Assembly (NCBI GenBank): GCA_016298065.1
Contig: JAEDDN010000003.1
Span: forward strand, 48,281-112,280
DNA from: Oscillospiraceae bacterium
GTDB taxonomy: Bacteria > Bacillota > Clostridia > Oscillospirales > Ruminococcaceae
DNA length: 64,000 nucleotides
Direction of reading: 5' to 3'
Shown here: positions 59,976 to 64,000 of the stretch, piece by piece
How positions within the stretch are numbered: the stretch's first letter is position 1
Layout of the letters: each line of letters opens with the position of its first letter
The notes under the pieces: generated by a model
What the model saw: only the letters and a program-made list of their open reading frames with translations
What the model was told of the DNA's origin: nothing
Database searches by the model: none
Made by a program: the position numbers and the translations under genes

Positions 59976-60062
59976 ATGAAAGTTGTTGTAGTAAAAAGCC
60001 CTAAAATTCTCTCGGGGCTTCTTAGAATGATTTTCAAGATAAAAAAAGAAGATATAGGATAA
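59976..60062 (+). CDS. spoVM: Stage V sporulation protein M-like 28-aa peptide
   Basis: MKVVVVKSPKILSGLLRMIFKIKKEDIG resembles B. subtilis SpoVM (MKFYTIKLPKFLGGIVRAMLGSFRKD). RBS AAAGGAG sits 7 nt upstream and a terminator follows. Synteny downstream of thiN matches B. subtilis. Confidence 0.65.
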   Translation: MKVVVVKSPKILSGLLRMIFKIKKEDIG

Positions 60063-60069
60063 CTTAAAA

Positions 60070-60104
60070 AAGGCTGTGACACGGTGAATGTCACAGCCTT
60101 TATG
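60070..60104 (+). terminator. Terminator after spoVM (AAGGCTGTGAC-loop-GTCACAGCCTT-T-rich)
   Basis: 11-bp stem with an interrupted T-run. Confidence 0.6.
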
Positions 60105-60217
60105 CTTTTAACTTTAGGATTTAAAATAGGGTAAATTTTTAAAATAAATTAAGCTAAAAAATGTATATTTACTCTTATTAAGCTAAGAATAATAAAAAAG
60201 TTAAAGGAGAGATAAAA

Positions 60218-60397
60218 ATGCTTACAAGCAAAGAACTCGGCTCTATCGAGGACCAATTAAATCAAGAAGAGCTTTTGGTGAGAAAGTTTAAGCATTACGC
60301 TCAGTGTTGCAGCGACCCACAGCTAAAGCAAAAATGCGAGCAGGTTGCCGCAATGCACCAAGACCATTTCACCAGACTTTTAAACCAATTAAATTAG
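60218..60397 (+). CDS. Small spore coat protein F (Coat_F) domain protein
   Basis: 59 aa, LTSKELGSIEDQLNQEELLVRKFKHYAQCCSDPQLKQKCEQVAAMHQDHF matches the Coat_F pattern. RBS AAAGGAGAG. Confidence 0.6.
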   Translation: MLTSKELGSIEDQLNQEELLVRKFKHYAQCCSDPQLKQKCEQVAAMHQDHFTRLLNQLN

Positions 60398-60410
60398 GAG
60401 GACGTTTAGT

Positions 60411-60686
60411 ATGATGAGTCAAAACCCATTTTCCGATAAGGAAATGCTCGACGACGGCTTAGCTTCGCAAAAGTTTATCACAGGTATGTATAACGAGGCG
60501 GCTAATGAAAGTAAGGACTGTAAGGTTCGTGACGAGCTTATGAGTATTTTAAACGAAGAGCATCAAATACAGTCAGAGCTTTTTGACGAGATGACAAAAA
60601 GAGGCTGGTATCCCACCGAGGACGCCGTGCAGCAAAAGATTATGCAGGCAAAACAGAAATATTCCAATATTTTGACAAGCTTATAA
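60411..60686 (+). CDS. Coat_F-domain protein (YraF/CotF-like)
   Basis: 91 aa, EKEMLDDGLASQKFITGMYNEAANESKD...HQIQSELFDEM. RBS AGGAGGA. Adjacent to the first Coat_F gene. Confidence 0.6.
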   Translation: MMSQNPFSDKEMLDDGLASQKFITGMYNEAANESKDCKVRDELMSILNEEHQIQSELFDEMTKRGWYPTEDAVQQKIMQAKQKYSNILTSL

Positions 60687-60820
60687 TTAAGAAAGCTGAT
60701 ATTAAGTTTTTAGTATAAACTTTTTATCAGCTTTTTTTGATAACTTTTTAGGGTAAATGTATTGACACATCACAGTCGATATGATAAAATAAGTGATGTT
60801 GCAAACGGTTATATAGCTAC

Positions 60821-60909
<89 letters not shown>

Positions 60910-60934
60910 TATATTTTTTAATTAACGTCACTAT

Positions 60935-61028
60935 GGAGAAGTACTCAAGTTGGTGACGAGGCGCCCCTGCTAAGGGTGTAGGTCGGTTAATAACCGGCGC
61001 GAGGGTTCGAGTCCCTCCTTCTCCGCCA
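60935..61028 (+). tRNA. tRNA-Ser (anticodon GCT), type II
   Basis: Acceptor GGAGAAG/CTTCTCC, anticodon loop CTGCTAA, long variable arm, T-arm GAGGGTTCGAGTCCCTC, encoded CCA. Confidence 0.9.
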
Positions 61029-61072
61029 AATAAGCACAAGCACACCAAAGGTGTGTCTGTGCTTATTTTTTT
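61029..61072 (+). terminator. Terminator after tRNA-Ser(GCT) (AAGCACAAGCACACC-loop-GGTGTGTCTGTGCTT-T7)
   Basis: Imperfect 15-bp stem plus T-run. Confidence 0.75.
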
Positions 61073-61080
61073 AGGCTTAC

Positions 61081-61227
61081 AGGGACTCGAACTAAGGTGG
61101 TAGTGAATGACAGTCCGGGGGACTGTCAGAGCCACCGCTGACCGAGCCCGCAGGCGAGAGCGAGTCCCTCCTTCTCCGCCAAATAAACACAAGCACACCG
61201 AAGGTGTACTTGTGTTTATTTTTTTAT
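61081..61227 (+). repeat. Unit A: ~147-bp structured element bounded by inverted T-arm-like termini (AGGGACTCG...CGAGTCCCT), ending in a 21-nt copy of the tRNA-Ser(GCT) 3' end plus a diverged terminator
   Basis: 61161-61181 is identical to tRNA 61008-61028. Internal hairpin GACAGTCC-GGG-GGACTGTC. Terminator hairpin retained with compensatory changes. Confidence 0.8.
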
Positions 61228-61234
61228 GCTGATT

Positions 61235-61378
61235 AGGGACTCGAACTAAGACGGTAATGAATGACAGTCCGGGGGACTGTCAGAACTGTCGCTGACCGAG
61301 TTCGCAAGCGAGAGCGAGTCCCTCCTTCTCCGCCAAACAAACAGAAAATACCTTTTGGGTATTTTCTGTTTGTTTTTT
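61235..61378 (+). repeat. Unit B: second tandem copy of the same element (~85% identical to A, compensatory GGTGG/CCACC to GACGG/CTGTC change)
   Basis: 61315-61335 is identical to the tRNA 3' end. A diverged but intact terminator hairpin lies at 61336-61378. Confidence 0.8.
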
Positions 61379-61551
61379 GCGTAAAGGGCTTTGACTGTGT
61401 TGGAATTGATCTAACGATTCAGAATGAGAGTGAAATTCCATTAGCTAAAAATCCTAAAGCAACAATTTAAATTTATATTTAATTATATACATCAAACGAA
61501 TCAAAGAGTCCCATTCTGCAAATAGGACTCTTTTTATATAAAACATTTGGT

Positions 61552-61779
61552 TTAGTCTCGGAAATCAAATAATTTACCTACTGGGATTTTGAATAAATCT
61601 GCTATTTCAAATACAACATCAAGTGATACGCCACAAATAGCAAGTTCGATTTTACTTATTGTAGTTCTGTCTAAATTCAATTTTTCAGCAAGTTGCTCTT
61701 GTGTAAAACCATTTAATTTTCGATAATATGCAATATTAAGACCAAGCATGATATATTTATCTTTTTGTTTTAAATTCAT
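61552..61779 (-). CDS. XRE-family HTH transcriptional regulator (75 aa)
   Basis: The QEQLAEKLNLDRTTISKIE helix-turn-helix. Start taken at the internal ATG preceded by GGGTGA. AT-rich locus. Confidence 0.65.
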   Translation of the reverse strand: MNLKQKDKYIMLGLNIAYYRKLNGFTQEQLAEKLNLDRTTISKIELAICGVSLDVVFEIADLFKIPVGKLFDFRD

Positions 61780-61850
61780 ATTAATCACCCGAAAACATTT
61801 TATTATATATATTCGTGTGTTAAAATAGAATAAAAAGCATAAAATGTTAC

Positions 61851-61879
61851 TTGACACTCTACTTTTTATATGTTAAAAT
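61851..61879 (+). promoter_or_regulatory. Putative sigmaA promoter (TTGACA-17-TAAAAT) for the 61958 gene
   Basis: Consensus -35 in the divergent intergenic region. Confidence 0.45.
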
Positions 61880-61957
61880 CAAATTATAATTTGAGGCAAA
61901 GAGTACAGAGCAAAACAACAAAAGATAAAAAATAAGTGTTGAAAGGAAGATAATCCG

Positions 61958-62440
61958 ATGGAAAAAACTTTTAGCAATAAAAAACGGTTAGCATTATTAG
62001 GCGTTGTTTGTATTGGCGTAATAATTGTTGTCATATATTTTAATTCATCATTGCACTTAAAAAGGTTATTAACTAAAAATATATGGTATGAAGATGTTAT
62101 GGAAGAAATTCTAACATCCAAAAGTGGCTCATCGGAGGTATTATATTTTAGAGTAGACGGTTCAGGGGTTTCTGAAGATTACATGCGATATGATTATATT
62201 GATGGATTTGGAGAGCACGTTTCAAATCCTCAGTATATAGGTGAATCCTCTTTTTCATGGGAGTTATTATCGGATAAAACTCTATATTTTAGAGGTAATT
62301 ATTATATCTATAAAGATGAGTGGTTTTTTACGGGAAACAACGAGCTTAATATTGGGGGAGTCACATATAAATCATGGAATCAATGTGCCTACGACAAAGA
62401 CGCTTCCTGGCTTAAGCGGGCACGTAAAAAAATAGATTAA
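61958..62440 (+). CDS. Hypothetical membrane-anchored/secreted protein (160 aa, W/Y-rich)
   Basis: N-terminal TM LALLGVVCIGVIIVVIYF, RBS AAAGGAAG, terminator hairpin at 62447-62478. Confidence 0.55.
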   Translation: MEKTFSNKKRLALLGVVCIGVIIVVIYFNSSLHLKRLLTKNIWYEDVMEEILTSKSGSSEVLYFRVDGSGVSEDYMRYDYIDGFGEHVSNPQYIGESSFSWELLSDKTLYFRGNYYIYKDEWFFTGNNELNIGGVTYKSWNQCAYDKDASWLKRARKKID

Positions 62441-62458
62441 TAAAACAAGAACACACGG

Positions 62459-62820
62459 CTATAAAGCCGTGTGTTCTTCTCTTGACCATACAATTTCTCC
62501 GTTTATTATTGTCATATATACACTCGATGAAATTTCAAACGGGTTTGAGTCATATATTACAAGGTCGGCGTCTTTGCCTTTCTTTAAGCTCCCTAAGCGG
62601 TTATACACACGGCAGATGCGTGCCGCATCAATGGTAATTGCCCTAAGTGCACCAAATTTGTCCATACCCTCTTTAACCGATAACGCTGCACATAACGGCA
62701 AATATTGTAGCCTTGATACAGGGTGGTCGGTAGTTAAAGCTACAGTTACTCCTGCTTTTTGCAGTATACCGGGAGTTTTAAAGTCCGAGAGGCTTACCTC
62801 CTCTTTGGTGCGTGACGCCA
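62459..62820 (-). pseudogene. C-terminal ~115-aa remnant of a metal-dependent amidohydrolase gene, truncated at the repeat junction
   Basis: GVTVALTTDHP...GSLKKGKDADLVIYD amidohydrolase C-terminal motifs. The upstream part of the ORF merely reads through the tRNA-fragment repeat. Confidence 0.55.
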
Positions 62821-62823
62821 AAG

Positions 62824-62906
62824 CCGAGCCCGCAGGCGAGAGCGAGTCCCTCCTTCTCCGCCAAATAAGCACAAGCACACTTTAGGTGTGTTTGTGCTTA
62901 TTTTTT
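62824..62906 (+). repeat. Copy C: third copy of CCGAGCCCGCAGGCGAGAG plus tRNA-Ser(GCT) 3' end (62843-62863) plus terminator hairpin
   Basis: Near-identical to the right end of unit A including the flanking CCGAGCCCGCAGGCGAGAG. The terminator has compensatory substitutions. Confidence 0.8.
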
Positions 62907-62995
62907 AGGCTGATGGCCACCGATTTATGATTTTTGGATATATACTTGCAAGCGTTTAAACAATTATTTTCACACTATGTAAATACGGCGTTTAC

Positions 62996-63024
62996 TTGAA
63001 TACTTATGGAGTGTGTGCTATAAT
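62996..63024 (+). promoter_or_regulatory. Putative sigmaA promoter (TTGAAT-17-TATAAT)
   Basis: Consensus spacing 36 nt upstream of the SPFH gene start. Confidence 0.45.
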
Positions 63025-63059
63025 AATATAAATATATAGTAAAAGAGAGGTTTTGTTAT

Positions 63060-64000
63060 ATGTATTATGGCATTGCTATTGCCTTAGTTATTGTGTTGGC
63101 TTTCATTTTTGCCAATGCTAAGATTGTACCTCAGGCGAGTGAATTTGTCATTGAGTTTTTGGGAAAATATAAAACAACTTGGTCGGCAGGCTTTCATGTG
63201 AAAATCCCGTTTGTAGAGAGAATTGCAAAGCGTGTAACCCTTAAAGAGCAGGTGTTGGATTCTCCTCCTCAGCCGGTTATTACAAAGGATAACGTTACTA
63301 TGCAAATCGACACCGTTATCTACTACGCAATTTACGACGCAAAGCTATACGCTTACGGTGCGGTAAACCCGATATCCGCTTTGGCAAACCTTGCCGCTAC
63401 CACACTTCGTAACATTGTCGGTGAGTTGGAGCTTGACGGCACTCTTACTTCCCGTGATACCATAAACGCTAAAATGACCGATATTTTGGATGAAGCGACT
63501 GACAAGTGGGGTATTAAGGTAAACCGTGTGGAACTTAGGAATATCATTCCTCCTGCCGAAATTCAGAACGCTATGGAAAAGCAAATGAAGGCTGAACGTG
63601 ATCGTCGTGAAACTATGCTTCAGGCAGAGGGACACAAGGCTGCAGCCATTACCCGTGCAGAAGGTGATAAACAAGCGATGATACTTGCCGCTGAAGGCGA
63701 GAGAGATGCACGTATAGCTCGTGCAGAAGGTGAAGCAAAGGCAATATACCTTTCAAAAAAAGCAGAGGCAGACGGTTTGCGTGCACTGCGTGAAGCCGGT
63801 GCAGATGGGTCTGTTTTAGAACTTAAAAAATATGAGGCGCTTATTGCTATGTCAAACGGCAAAGCTTCAAAGATAATTGTTCCCACCGACGCAGTTAGTA
63901 TGACCAAATCAAATGTGCTTTTTGCTGAAACGACAGGTCTTGGAGATGCGACAAAGCCCGCTCCGGATGAACCTGAGCCTCCACAAAAGCCGGATCCCTG
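63060..64000 (+). CDS. SPFH/Band-7 (stomatin/HflC-like) membrane protein, 3' end outside the window
   Basis: RBS AAAGAGAGG. N-terminal TM, then an SPFH core (VKIPFVERIAKRVTLKEQ...TKDNVTMQIDTVIYY...WGIKVNRVELRNI) and an A/E/R-rich coiled coil. Absent from the ORF track because no stop occurs before the window end. The minus-strand ORFs over this span are artefacts. Confidence 0.8.
   Translation, partial: MYYGIAIALVIVLAFIFANAKIVPQASEFVIEFLGKYKTTWSAGFHVKIPFVERIAKRVTLKEQVLDSPPQPVITKDNVTMQIDTVIYYAIYDAKLYAYGAVNPISALANLAATTLRNIVGELELDGTLTSRDTINAKMTDILDEATDKWGIKVNRVELRNIIPPAEIQNAMEKQMKAERDRRETMLQAEGHKAAAITRAEGDKQAMILAAEGERDARIARAEGEAKAIYLSKKAEADGLRALREAGADGSVLELKKYEALIAMSNGKASKIIVPTDAVSMTKSNVLFAETTGLGDATKPAPDEPEPPQKPDP

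Noticed and set aside
59750-60094. 114-aa minus-strand ORF
   Set aside because: It overlaps two plus-strand small genes with good RBS and terminator context (50-aa peptide and spoVM-like), and its product is low-complexity.
61081-61378. Units A and B as additional functional tRNA genes
   Set aside because: They contain only the 3' T-arm/acceptor strand. No matching 5' acceptor strand (GGAGAAG) or anticodon arm is present, so no cloverleaf can be drawn.
62469-62885. Plus-strand 138-aa ORF, and the N-terminal 20 residues of the minus-strand 139-aa ORF
   Set aside because: The plus-strand ORF is antisense to the amidohydrolase remnant. The minus-strand ORF's first ~20 codons are a translation of the tRNA-fragment repeat and terminator, not genuine coding sequence.
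63084-63907. Five minus-strand ORFs (60-110 aa)
   Set aside because: All lie inside the well-supported plus-strand SPFH gene (63060->window end), which the track missed because it has no stop within the window.

Overview
This window reads as a chromosomal core region of a spore-forming Firmicute (Clostridia-like; TAG, TAA and TGA are all used as stop codons), with about 90% of the sequence coding. Three blocks are recognisable.

(1) 2.9-16.1 kb: a division/cell-wall (dcw) cluster in the order mraZ-rsmH-ftsL-class B PBP-murE-murF-mraY-ftsW-murG-murA-ftsQ. It has a consensus sigmaA-type promoter and candidate MraZ boxes upstream, and an intrinsic terminator after ftsQ. murD, murC, ddl and ftsAZ are absent from it.

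(2) 16-37 kb: a Ca-type P-type ATPase, a HAD hydrolase, a DivIVA-domain protein, a fumarate hydratase beta-subunit-like gene, an RpiR regulator, a BaiN-like flavoprotein, cmk-plsC-ispH/rpsA, tadA, a zinc-ribbon/SPFH/TPM gene set resembling B. subtilis ydjGHI (my recollection), nth, and rpsF-ssb-rpsR.

(3) 47-60 kb: a block syntenic with the B. subtilis ylo locus: yicC-remA-gmk-rpoZ-priA-def-fmt-rsmB-rlmN-prpC-prkC-rsgA-thiN-spoVM. coaBC and rpe are missing. It is followed by two CotF-like small genes and two tRNA-Ser genes.

Accessory or unusual content: (a) a 385-bp array of seven perfect GC hairpins in a ~105-bp higher-order tandem repeat (21.2 kb), which is not CRISPR; (b) a GalK-family kinase interrupted by an in-frame TAG (38.3-39.6 kb); (c) a cell-wall glycopolymer modification cluster of a GT-C-like membrane protein, LicD, a flippase, GT4, GT2 and a DUF2304-like protein (39.7-46.2 kb); (d) downstream of tRNA-Ser(GCT), three diverged copies of the tRNA 3' end plus its terminator (61.0-62.9 kb). 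Two of these sit in ~145-bp structured units bounded by inverted T-arm-derived termini. Together they enclose a 1.5-kb AT-rich module (XRE regulator plus membrane-anchored protein) and truncate an amidohydrolase gene. This looks like a decayed tRNA-targeted integration site.

Several unannotated small ORFs (spoVM-like 28 aa, 46-aa and 50-aa membrane peptides) have good RBS and terminator context. All coordinates and calls come from reading the sequence and the ORF track. No database searches were run.
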